DNA from: Selaginella moellendorffii
Lineage: Eukaryota; Plantae; Lycopodiophyta
Assembly (NCBI RefSeq): GCF_000143415.4
Contig: NW_003314311.1
Location: forward strand, 938,769 to 1,002,768
Reading direction: 5' to 3'
DNA: 64,000 nt
Shown: positions 36,401-46,707 of the stretch, piece after piece
Layout: each line of letters opens with the position of its first letter
Numbering within the stretch: the stretch's first letter is position 1
Position numbers and translations under genes: made by a program
Notes under the pieces: generated by a model
The model's database searches: none
What the model was told of the DNA's origin: nothing
The model's input: only the letters and a program-made list of their open reading frames with translations

Positions 36401-39003
36401 CTTTAAGCCTCCAATCCATGATTGAAAATTGGCTCTAGATCAGAGAAATCCACAATGCCATACACTCCCTAGAACTGAACCCATGCTTCCGTGAGCTTCA
36501 TCTAGAGACCAAAATCCTTTCCACTAAAAACAAACAGCTTCAGGCCTTTATCATGCCATGCTGTTTACAGACCCTTCTGAGCAATAGCATGGCTGAGAGT
36601 AAAGGAGTGGAGCTCTAATACCATGTTAGAAAAAACTCAAAGGTACAATAGCATGGTCCACATGCCCACTTGAGTTCCAATTTATATCTCAACATGACTC
36701 TTCACAGCAAGCTTGGTGAGGCCATGGACAGGGTGCATTGAGCTCATTGAAACTGAGCTTGTGCACGAACCTCTAGAGCTTCATACACAGATCACGAATA
36801 ATATCCAATGTTAATTGTTTCTTGCTCTCTTTCAAGCAAGGAATGATTTAGCTAGAAATGCTTGAATAAGATCACATTAGCATGGAGAAACACCACTTTG
36901 CTATTGTTTGTTACCTTTACCAGCCTCTTAATGGATCGCCAACTAGGCTCATCCAAGATGTTAAGTCTATTCGTTTTGGCTCACTGCTTCACTTACATTT
37001 TTTCTGTTGTGTTCTACAATGCCGAATATACCATTATTATTACTGCAAATCATGATTAAGCTGCCTCAATAATTAGTAGCAGCTCCCACAATGCCACACA
37101 ACTTGCCATCTGAGAATTCAACCATAGTATCTCTTCCATTACTTTCTCTCTCAAATTTTGTGTGCAGAAGAAGCATTAGTTTGTGATTTCATGATGCCAG
37201 GGAAGGATCTCTTTTGTGCTTGAGTCTCAACAATGGTGGTTTATGTTTTTTGAAATGATAGCTCTAAAATTTCTCATGCACAATCGCATCACTGGCCTTC
37301 CAGTTATAGCTTGTAGTTCAGACTATAGCTCATGGTTCTATCTTGGGTAAGCCAAAGCTCCAACATTTTTCACCATCATATTTATTTTTGCATTCCTTGC
37401 TTTCCTTACAAATTTCTTAATTTCAGTAAATAAGACGTCAAGTAGCACTATTCTCCCAGGAATTCAACTAAGATCTCCTGGTTCAATTTGGATCTAACGG
37501 TGTTGCTTGGCACTAGATGCTAAAGGCTTCTTGTTGTGGATGAATCTGGAAAGTAATATAGACTTGCTCAATTTTTATATAAACTTCCCAAGTTGGTTTG
37601 ATCATGAGATTGAGATCTGAGCAACTTTAATTCAAATGTGCTGTTGAGAAGTATTCATCTAATTTGGGTTTCTTGACTGATCACTTTCCTTGATAGCTGC
37701 AAGCAAGGAAACACATTCTTTGGGTGAATGCATAACAAGTTGAAATAACCCTAAAATTACTGATTTTTAATTTTTTACTAAAAAATTAGTTGACTTTAAT
37801 AAAATTTTAAAAAATTTTGATCACTTTTTTGTACTACTATATTATGCATTCACCCCTTTTTTGTTTCTATTCATACTACTCATCACATTTCTTTATTATT
37901 TACCATGCACTTTCTTAAAAGCTAAATGACAAAGTTGAAAAGTTGTTTTACTTTCTAGAAGTCCTAATAATATATATTACTTTGTATAGATCCAATAATG
38001 TTGCAACCCATTATATATACTATTGTAGTCTAGATGTTTAATCACCACATTAATGTTCTAAATAAGATAGTCAATATAAACTTACTAGGCATAATTAAGA
38101 ATAAAGTATTAACTATTTGCTGTGTACTTCAAGTTTATGTCCTTTACAATGACTAAGGTAGGTGTATTACTTGGATTTGGGCTAATAAAATCTATGTTGC
38201 TTTAGTGGTTACATGATGTTTATGACATTGATAATTTCTTTAGATCTTAGCCAAAATCTCCATATAAAAACTAATTTTCTGATTTAGTGAAAAGGTTGTG
38301 CATGAAAATAATGAAATACCTTATTATATGCTAGTAAAGTTTTTTTTACTAGGGGATAGATGCTATATAATGGATTTGCTTCCTCAATATATAATATTTA
38401 AGGATGCAGTGGTTGATAATCATAATTATGCAAAGTTTTATTAGAGATAGCATTTTGATTTGGGTGGCTAATTATATTACTAAATTTTAGTAACCTCTAA
38501 ATTATTTAGTTTAAATATCATAATTATTTAAAATTATATGAAAATATTTATGTCATTTCTTAGTGTATTTAATAGAAAATGTAATTTTATAAAAAAATTA
38601 AAATAATAATTCATATAATAGCATATATTTATGATATGAAAGTTGTATACTTAATAGTAATATTTATGTTGCTTAAAGAAATAAATAAATTTATTACTCA
38701 TATTATTAATTTTAAAAAGTTACTAAAACACATATTTTATCAATACTACAATTCTACAACAATGCAAATTAATTAAATTTCTTTCCAAATGAAAAATCTA
38801 ATTTCTACCAGAAGTATAACTACCATTGTTAATTGCAAAGATATATTTAATCATGTTATCTGCGGCTCCTCGCCCCAGCATGACATGAAGTTTTGTCCTT
38901 GATGCAAAAGAATTGTCGCTAAGGCACACAATTATATTGTAACTCCAGGTTCAAATGTATTATTATTAAATTTAATCTTTAGTTTTTCTAAATTCAACGT
39001 CAA

Positions 39004-39077
39004 GGCTTATTAGCTCAGTTGGTCAGAGCGTGGTCCTAATAAGGCCAAGGTCGCAGGTTCGAGACCTGCATGGGCCA
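39004..39077 (+). tRNA. tRNA-Ile (anticodon AAT)
   Basis: Acceptor stem GGCTTAT/ATGGGCC, D-arm TAGCTCAGTTGG, anticodon arm TGGTC-CTAATAA-GGCCA, T-arm GCAGG-TTCGAGA-CCTGC; upstream CAA motif. Confidence 0.93.
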
Positions 39078-39326
39078 TATTGTTTACTGAAAACTCCTTG
39101 AAATCTCTGGACTGGGAGGAAACGTCCACACGAGATCTAAAACTAAAACTAAAACTACACTACGAGATGAGTGCACTTACCTGGTTGTGCCAAAGCTCAC
39201 GTCAAGGTTAGGAATACAGTCCTAACCTTGAACCTCTCAAGTTTACTTTCCTAAGCTTGAATCCTTGAGCTTGTCTTTTTCTCCCTTCTCCACTCTCCCA
39301 CGACTGCCTTGTGTTGCGTCCCGCAG

Positions 39327-41789
39327 TCACTGCTCCATTGCTGCATCGTGGGTAGCTGCTCCCTCATGTGGCTCCTCCTCCTCTTCCTCCTCTTCATAAG
39401 TCTGAGCTGCTTCCTCAAAGTCTTGTGATCTGAATTTGACCAGCTTCTTCCCGAGATCAGTTGCACAAATGCCTCTTCTCGAAACTTTAAACATCCGGCT
39501 TGAAACAGCCACAACTTCTCCTTTCAGTTTTGCTGCTTTACTACTTACTTCCTCTACTCCTACAGAGCTACAAAGAATGAAACCAGCTTGCCTCTGTCCC
39601 ACCAGAACCTGAGAAACACACTTCCTCGTCTCTTCATCAACTTCACACCAGCCACCTTCAAGTTTAAACTTTGGCACTGAATTTTTCTTCTGCTCCGTCT
39701 GCTCACAAAACTTCGGAAGCACCACCTCAAGTTCCTGCGTCTGAAACTCCTTTATCCACTGCAGGTCTTCGTCTTCTTCTGCTGGTTGCTCAATCTGATC
39801 AGGCTGTTCATCTTCCACTAGGTTTTGCTTCAACCTTGCTTCAGCTTGCTTTTCCACATGAAACTTTTCTTTCTGCTGAACAGGTGCCAGCTCCTCTTGG
39901 GTAAAACTTCTTGTTTCTTGATTGTTTGATTGTTTGTCGTGTTCTTTGATTGTTTCTGGATCTTGTGCTTGCAATTCAGCTTGAATTGCTTTAAGTATTT
40001 TCTTGCTTTTCTTCCATTCGGTTTCTGGGATAATTTCCAGTTCATCATCGTGATCTTGTTCTTCCAAATTATCTGGTTGTTGATACTTGTATTGTTGTCT
40101 CGTGATTACTCGTATTGCTGGTTCTTCATAAGTTTGTGAGTCTTCGACTTCGACCTCAACATTCCATGCTGCAGGTGGTCTTGCTCTTGGAGCTTGATTG
40201 TTTACGACTTGGTTATTTTCACGATTTGCATTTTGGTAAGGTTGCCGAGGTCGATTATCTTGTTGTGGTGCAAGTCGCTGGTTGTAATTGTAACCTTGAG
40301 CTTGAGGTGGTCTTTGATTATAGTTGCGATATGGTTCTTGATCATAATTGTAATTTCGTGGGGGAGGACATTGGTAGTTGTCACGAGGTCCATCACGTTG
40401 CTGATATGCATTGTAGTTTCTTCCATAGTTTCCAGAATAGTTGTTTAGTCTTTGATCTTGAGGGGGTATTCTATTGTAGTTGCGATTGTTCTGACGGTAA
40501 AAGTTTCCTCTTTGATTGTACAAATTATCATCATGTTGATAATAATTGTTATATCTTGGAGGTTCATTGCGTGGTGGTCGTGCATTTTGATTCCAGTTGC
40601 CTTGATATTGTGGATTGGGCTCTTGTCGAGGAACATTCTCGATTCTTGAAACTTCCATTGTATTCCTGTATCGGCATTTCTTGGCTGTATGGCCTTCTCT
40701 TTCACAAATTTGACACTTTGGAAGCTGTAATTTGCATTCCAAATATGTATGTCCCTCATTTTTACACTTTGTACACCACACTCCTGCTTTGAGTTCGGTT
40801 TGTGAGATTTTCCTGATTATATCCTTCAAGTCTTGGTCTTTTGGTGTTTTCTTCTTTGTCTTAATGCGTATTTCTTCCTCTTCTTCATCATCTGAACCGT
40901 CATCAGTTTGTGAAGGTATAGCTTTTGTGAATTGCTTGAATCGCTTTTCCAATGTGAGGATTTCTTTGGAGAGTGTATCAACACTTTCATCATCTGGATT
41001 CTCTGTTGCAGCAGCAATTGCTACCATGTTTCTATAAATTTCTTTTAGTCCTTGGATATAGGATAAGCTCTTTCCTTTATCTGTTATCAAATCCTTGCAG
41101 CGCTTTGCATGAAACTTAAATCTTCGAGTATAATCTTGAATTCCTTCACGTGATTTTTGCTTGAAGTTTTTGATGATCTCATAGTGTTCTTCTGGAGTTC
41201 CACCGGTCTGGAATTGTTCCTTGAATTGTGTGACTTTTTCATCATGGGTCAAAGCATCATCGAGTGTATTATGCCAATCGAGTGCTTTTCCTTTAAGTGT
41301 GTATGGGAAAAGTATTTCTCGATGCATTTCCTGTTTGTTCATCTTTACAATTTGATCAAATTGTTTAAGATGCTGGTTTGCATCTTCGGTTTTTCCACCA
41401 GTAAAAATGGGATAGGAAATCATGTTCCCTATGGCTGTCGCTGGGTTGATGATTGCCATTTGAAATTGTAGACTTTGTTGGTGAGGTTGTTGTTCTGGTG
41501 AGTCTGGATTGGAGTAAAACTTTGGTGCTATGTATTCGGCTTCTTCAAATGCCTCAAACTTTGGGGCGTCTTCACTATTTAGTTCTTTGTTATCTTTGGC
41601 TGAGTTGCTCGACTCGGCAACTTGAATTTCTTTATCCTCCTTGTCGTACTTCTCTAATATTGTTTCTAAAATTTGTTGCTATTGTTGTTCTAGTTTCTCT
41701 TTTTCTATCTCTTCCTTTTTCACTTCTCGATTCTTTTGTTGAAGATCTCTTTCCCGGATCTTGATTGGGTCTGGTTTGTGTTTGTACAT
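39327..41789 (-). CDS. Gag-like polyprotein; open from 41459, with an in-frame upstream extension from ATG 41789 broken by one TAG
   Basis: Capsid-like segment FPYTLKGKALDWH...FKQKSREGIQDYTRRF; two CCHC knuckles (CTKCKNEGHTYLEC, CQICEREGHTAKKC); N/Q/Y/R-rich low-complexity tract. Confidence 0.85.
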
Positions 41790-41888
41790 TCAGTTTGCTG
41801 AGTCTTCTCAACTTGAATGTTGAGGTAAGTTTCCTGAATTTATGTTTTGCCTAAGTTGTCTGGAGTCAAATGTTGTTCTTCATAGATT

Positions 41889-42035
41889 GCAAAGTCAAGC
41901 TCTTATGTCTTGAGTCTTCTGCAAGTTTGTTTTTGGTGTATAAATGCGAAGTCAAGCTCTTGTGTCTTGAGTCTTCTGCAAGTTTGGTTTTGTAGTAGAA
42001 ATGCGAAGTCAAGCTCTTGTGTCTTGAGTCTTCAA
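41889..42035. repeat. ~57-bp tandem repeat (about 2.5 copies) in the element leader
   Basis: aagtcaagctctt(a/g)tgtcttgagtcttc occurs three times. Confidence 0.85.
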
Positions 42036-42961
42036 TCGAGTTTTTCTTTCTCGATTCTTCCCGAGTTTCTTCTCAAGGTCACTTTCCTGAGTCTAGCTTA
42101 GGAAAGGTCTTGTATTTGAAAAATCTGGTGGTGTAAGTAAGTACAATTTTGTTTGTGGAAGGAGGTTGGTTGTGTCATATATTGATCGATGTAGCTGTTC
42201 GCTAGTGATATTTGGTGCTGCTCTCCAAGTTTGGGATCGAGCAGGTATGCAAACGATTGCAACTCTCTTTAGGAGTCCAATCTTATCTAAATTCTTGAAC
42301 AATTGTTTTGGTCTCTTACAATATGTTGGTCGTACTGGAATGCGAGCTCTCACTATGAACGTTTGTGTTTCCCAGTCGTTGGTAGTATTTGAAAATGCTG
42401 AATACAGCAATAGTTGTATTTTAATGTCCTAATTCTTGTATGTTTCTAGTCTCTAATGACGTCCACACGTCACAGTATAGTTTCCAACAGATTCTTGTTG
42501 CCTTTAGCCTATGTGTGCGCGGGTTTATCCAGCGCAATTTTCTCTATGGTCGATTGCGTGATGGTGCATTTCCTTGATGCTGTTCTTGCCGGTGGTGTTC
42601 TACTTCCCTCTGTCGTATAGCACGTTCTCTTTCACGATCAGAGTCGATCGCTTCACGAACTTCCCAAGGGATAGTCTCAATTAATACTCTTGCATTATAA
42701 GTTTGAATCCTTGACGCAGGATCTCCTAAAATACTCCTTAAAATGTTGTGACTGCTTGGACGCACTCTTCCTTGTTGGTTGCGAGTGATATGTAGCTCTA
42801 GGCTGGGGGTTTCGATGTTGGACCTCAGTGTCAAAGTTGAAGTTTGTTACTGTATTTAATCTTGGCCTATTGTGATTTTGTCTTAAATTTCTCCTCCTTC
42901 GACTTGTTATCCTCGAGTTTACAAGTCGTTCCCTTGAACTTGATGCAAGTTCAGGTTCCCG

Positions 42962-43402
42962 TCAGTTTCTTAAACTCGAATTCCAAATTGGAATTTGTTG
43001 ATGGCCTTGTCCTTGATTTCTTAATTCTCCAGCTATTCTCGTCCGTCCTAAACGGTGCCAATATGCTATAGCATATAATTCGAGAAGAGTGCTTGTTGGT
43101 AGCGTTACACGGAGAGGACTTTGAAGAAGTCGGTAAAGTAATTCCACGTTCTCTTCAAAATCTCTAAATCTAAGAGTGTCCACAAACCAACGAACTTGTG
43201 GTTCAAAAATTCCACACTCTGTTGCTGCTATGACTCTCGTCAAATCAGTGTTGAAAGCAAGCGTTAATGGTTGAAAAGTTTCATGTTTGTGTATGCCTAG
43301 GAATTCAACAATCGTTTGTTGAAAGAGGTGTCCGCGATACACCCAAGTCAGGGTTCTTCGAGTTGCAAAGAAATCGAAGTAAACATATTTTTCTTTCAAC
43401 AT
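42962..43402 (-). CDS. Accessory ORF of the LTR element (146 aa, unknown function)
   Basis: ATG-initiated, globular-looking composition, same strand as gag, 21 nt downstream of the preceding ORF. Confidence 0.45.
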   Translation of the reverse strand: MLKEKYVYFDFFATRRTLTWVYRGHLFQQTIVEFLGIHKHETFQPLTLAFNTDLTRVIAATECGIFEPQVRWFVDTLRFRDFEENVELLYRLLQSPLRVTLPTSTLLELYAIAYWHRLGRTRIAGELRNQGQGHQQIPIWNSSLRN

Positions 43403-43423
43403 TTCCTCATTTTTGCATCCCTC

Positions 43424-43753
43424 CTATTTGCTAGACAATTTGTAGAAGAGTCGTAGAATCGTTTCTTGAAGTTTTTGTAAACAGCTAAAGCTTTGTTTCG
43501 CAGCTTGTTCTAAACTATCGTCTCTCTTTTTGGTGTCATTTTCTTGGGCTATTTCTTTTCGTTTCCTACTCTCCTCCGCTGCGGCAATGTCATCCCTGAT
43601 TCGCAGTCTTGCTTTTGCTTGTTTGCAAGTGTCGCATCGCCATTTTGGATAGCATTGCTTGTACGGTTTTGCACAATTTCTGAAACCACACAAAAGACAG
43701 TCTTCGTATTTTGTACAGCTTGTGTCTCCAAATGGGCAATCGTGCTTTTTCAT
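43424..43753 (-). CDS. Cys-rich accessory ORF of the LTR element (109 aa)
   Basis: Nine Cys in the first ~45 aa, including two CxxC pairs, followed by a charged coiled-coil-like tail. Confidence 0.45.
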   Translation of the reverse strand: MKKHDCPFGDTSCTKYEDCLLCGFRNCAKPYKQCYPKWRCDTCKQAKARLRIRDDIAAAEESRKRKEIAQENDTKKRDDSLEQAAKQSFSCLQKLQETILRLFYKLSSK

Positions 43754-44568
43754 TCTTCCTCCATCTCCAGCCGCTAGAATTTTCCCTTGGTCGTTTCCTT
43801 ATCGCAGATCCTTGGAATATTCGCTTTCTTCAACCTCTCGCCAAAAACAGTTACGCGTACGCTCCAAGTTTTCCACGACTTGGGTGGCTTCAATTTTCAA
43901 GTGTTCTTCATCTTTTGGTCTTACGCTCCATTTTTTTTTCTTCATGCCTTCATGCTCTTCCACCGTTTTTGTTTTACGGTCTTGTTTTTCTTGATTTTTG
44001 GGGCTTTTTCTTCCTATGCCATTTTCTTGTGCGTCTTTGGTCCGTTTTCCTTGAAGTTTTGGGGAAAATGAGCGTCTTGGTCTGCTCTATTCCATGAGCT
44101 CTTCACGCCTCTCTCATCCCACCGTGGTCGCCAGTGAAAACTCCTGGAATCTCTGGACTGGGAGGAAACGTCCACACGAGATCTTCCTAGGAGATTCAAA
44201 TCTAATCTAGTCCCTAAAACTAAAACTACACTACGAGATGAGTGCACTTACCTGCTTGTGCCAAGCCAAGTTGAGACTGTGAACATGTGCTTGAAGGTGC
44301 TAGTCCCACGCCTTTGATCCCTTGAAGGCGGTGGGTAAGTAAGACATTGCTATTGCCATGAAAAGCCAAAGAGATAGGCAGAATGACGATGTATTGCAAT
44401 GTATTTTGTATTAGGGATAAGTCTAAAAACATTCTAAGTCCTACTTTTATAGTCGCTAATGCTCACGTCAAGGTTAAGAATACAGTCCTAACCTTGAACT
44501 TCTCAAGTTTACTTTCCTAAGCTTGAATCCTCGAGCTTGTCTTTTTCTCCCTTCTCCATTTACTGTTT

Positions 44569-46707
44569 TTATGTTTTTTTACTTGGTATAACACATTGTT
44601 GTGGAAGATCAAGTTTGATCTGCCTCTCAATGGAGAAGAGATTTGCGAGCAGCGCAAACGTCCCTCCACTGTCTGGAGGATTCAAGTCAACCACAAACCT
44701 GGCAACGCGGCTGCCTTGCTCCACATCGCTGTAACTCTTGCAAGCTGCGAGCAGGCACGTCCAGTCGAAATTATCTGGAACAAATGGCATCACCGTGACG
44801 AGCTCCGTCGCTTCTCTTAGGTATCCAGCCCTCGCGAGAACATCCACAATGCAGGTGTAGTGCTGTTTGCTTGGCTCCATGCCGAAGTCTACGATCATGG
44901 ACGAAAAATTGGCCATCGCCAAGTAAACCTGGCCTTTGTGGCTGCACGCGATAAGCACCGATATGAAACAAGCATCGGTGGGAATCTCCACCATTTTCAT
45001 CATGTCAAAAGTTTGAAACGCATCTACTGAGTTTTTGGCTCCTGTATACGCCGTCACCATGATCGTCCAGGAGAACACACACGGGCTGGGCATTGTCTCT
45101 AAGAACTTTCTCGCTCGGGCTGTTTGCCCGTTTTGAGCGTACGCATATAGCATCGTATTCCAGCAGTGGATGTCCTTGTGTGGAATCTCAAAGAACACGT
45201 AAAAGGCCTTGTGAACCTGTCCATCGAGAGAAAACGCCGCCACCATCGACGTGAGAGTGTACAGGTCTCTCTCGGGCATTGCATTAAAAAGACCCAAAGT
45301 TTCTGGCAAGTAGCCTCGTTGGGCGTTTGCTGCGAGCATAGCATTCCAAGTAATCAAATCCCGAAACTCCAGACATTCGAAAAGCTGTTTCGCCTCTTCA
45401 AGATGGCCATTCTGTGCAAGACCAGAAACCATAGAATTAAAAGATACCATATCGGGATATGGAATCTTCTCAAAGATGAGCTTCGCCTCCTTCATATGCT
45501 CGTTCTGGGCATAGGCTGAGAGCATCGCATTTGACGAGAATAAGTCATGGCTGGGCATACTTTCAAAAACAGCGACAGAATCTTTCAGATATCCAGCTTG
45601 TCCGTACAATGCCACCATGGCAGTGGCCGACACCATGTCCCGCTGCGGCATAGAGTCGTACAGCACCCTAGCCCTGTCCATATGCCCATTGTGGGCATAT
45701 GCCTCAATCATGGCCGTCCACGAAATGAGGTCGTGCTGTGGCATTGAACTGTAAACTCGAGTAGCCTGAGTTAAATGACCAGCTTCAGTGTATGCTCCAA
45801 GAAGGGCATTCCACGAGATAAGATCCCTCTGTAGCATTGAATCAAAAAACTTCTTTGATTCTTCTTGATGCCCGACCTGGGCATATGCCGCAACCATAGC
45901 ATTGCAGGAGATCAAACACAACTCTGGAACTCGTGCAAGAAAAAATTCTGCGCGCTCCAAATTTCCGCCCTGGGCAAGTGACGACAGCATGGAATTAAAA
46001 GAGACTAGGTCCAAGAGAGGCAGCGATTCAAAGATCCGACTAGCTCGGTCAATTTGCCGGGTCTGGGCAAACCCAGTCGCAAGTGCATTCCACGAGATTA
46101 AATCTTTTGCTGGCATTTTGGAGAAAAATATTTCAGCCTCATGCATTCGGGAATTCAGTGTGTATGAGCTTAGCATTGCGTTCATAGCGACTAGATCGTG
46201 GAAAGGCATTGAGTCAAATAAAATCTTCGTCTGAAAAACATCCCCTGATTGGGCATGTGCTGCCAGAATAGTCGTCCAAGAAACCACATCCTTTCTTGGC
46301 ATTGAATCGAAGAATTTCTTTGCACTCTCAAGATTTCCACTATGTAAGTAAGCAGCAAGCATGGAGTTGTGAGCAACAGTGTTGAGATCTGGCATGGAAT
46401 CAAACACGGACTTGGCAAGATCCAGATTCCCAGAACGGGCATATGCCGAGAGCATCGAGACCCAAGAGTAGGAATCTCTAGCGGGCATGGAATCAAAGAC
46501 CGCCCTGGCATGGGCGATCCCGCCAGCACATTTGCCATACATGTCCACGAGCTTGTTGCTGATGAACACGTCAGTGGCATCTCTGGGGATGCGGCTGTGG
46601 ATGCCGAGAGCTCTTGTTAAGCTCCTGCACGATTCAATGGCGCGAATGGTGTCGTGGCGATTCCATTGCTCGCAGCTTGCCACCACGTCCACTGCCAGCA
46701 TAATCAA
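44569..46707 (-). CDS. PLS-type pentatricopeptide repeat protein with an E-like domain and no DYW
   Basis: Many ~31-aa repeats (FDSMPxRDxVSWxxMLxAYA) and HYTCIVDVLARAG..WTCLLAAC; intronless. Confidence 0.9.
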   Translation of the reverse strand: MIMLAVDVVASCEQWNRHDTIRAIESCRSLTRALGIHSRIPRDATDVFISNKLVDMYGKCAGGIAHARAVFDSMPARDSYSWVSMLSAYARSGNLDLAKSVFDSMPDLNTVAHNSMLAAYLHSGNLESAKKFFDSMPRKDVVSWTTILAAHAQSGDVFQTKILFDSMPFHDLVAMNAMLSSYTLNSRMHEAEIFFSKMPAKDLISWNALATGFAQTRQIDRASRIFESLPLLDLVSFNSMLSSLAQGGNLERAEFFLARVPELCLISCNAMVAAYAQVGHQEESKKFFDSMLQRDLISWNALLGAYTEAGHLTQATRVYSSMPQHDLISWTAMIEAYAHNGHMDRARVLYDSMPQRDMVSATAMVALYGQAGYLKDSVAVFESMPSHDLFSSNAMLSAYAQNEHMKEAKLIFEKIPYPDMVSFNSMVSGLAQNGHLEEAKQLFECLEFRDLITWNAMLAANAQRGYLPETLGLFNAMPERDLYTLTSMVAAFSLDGQVHKAFYVFFEIPHKDIHCWNTMLYAYAQNGQTARARKFLETMPSPCVFSWTIMVTAYTGAKNSVDAFQTFDMMKMVEIPTDACFISVLIACSHKGQVYLAMANFSSMIVDFGMEPSKQHYTCIVDVLARAGYLREATELVTVMPFVPDNFDWTCLLAACKSYSDVEQGSRVARFVVDLNPPDSGGTFALLANLFSIERQIKLDLPQQCVIPSKKT

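Larger units (their letters stand above)
25325..36694 (-). mobile_element. Degenerate Ty1/copia element with ~71-bp LTRs, interrupted by a nested Ty3 element
   Basis: LTRs 25325-25395 and 36624-36694; TSD TGACT on both sides; PBS TGGTATTAGAGC at ~36612-36623. RNase H (FTDANWA, CDNQSSI), RT (LYVND; FRSLIGCLIYL) and integrase (IHSDLCGP, FVDDYS) remnants in copia order. Confidence 0.9.
39088..44558 (-). mobile_element. Non-autonomous Ty3-type LTR element (gag plus several extra upstream ORFs, no pol)
   Basis: LTRs 44135-44558 and 39088-39292 (the latter internally deleted), TG...CA ends, TSD TTTAC. PBS TGGCGACCACGGTGGGA at 44117-44133 (tRNA-Arg-like); purine tract next to the 3' LTR. Confidence 0.9.

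Noticed and set aside
36700-37740. Possible decayed gene interrupted by the Copia element (continuing at ~25140-25320)
   Set aside because: Translations gave no convincing family motif.
37740-39000. Very AT-rich tract as a possible MITE or Helitron
   Set aside because: No termini or TSD could be identified.
40115-41764. Plus-strand hydrophobic ORFs
   Set aside because: Antisense shadows of the A-rich gag ORF.
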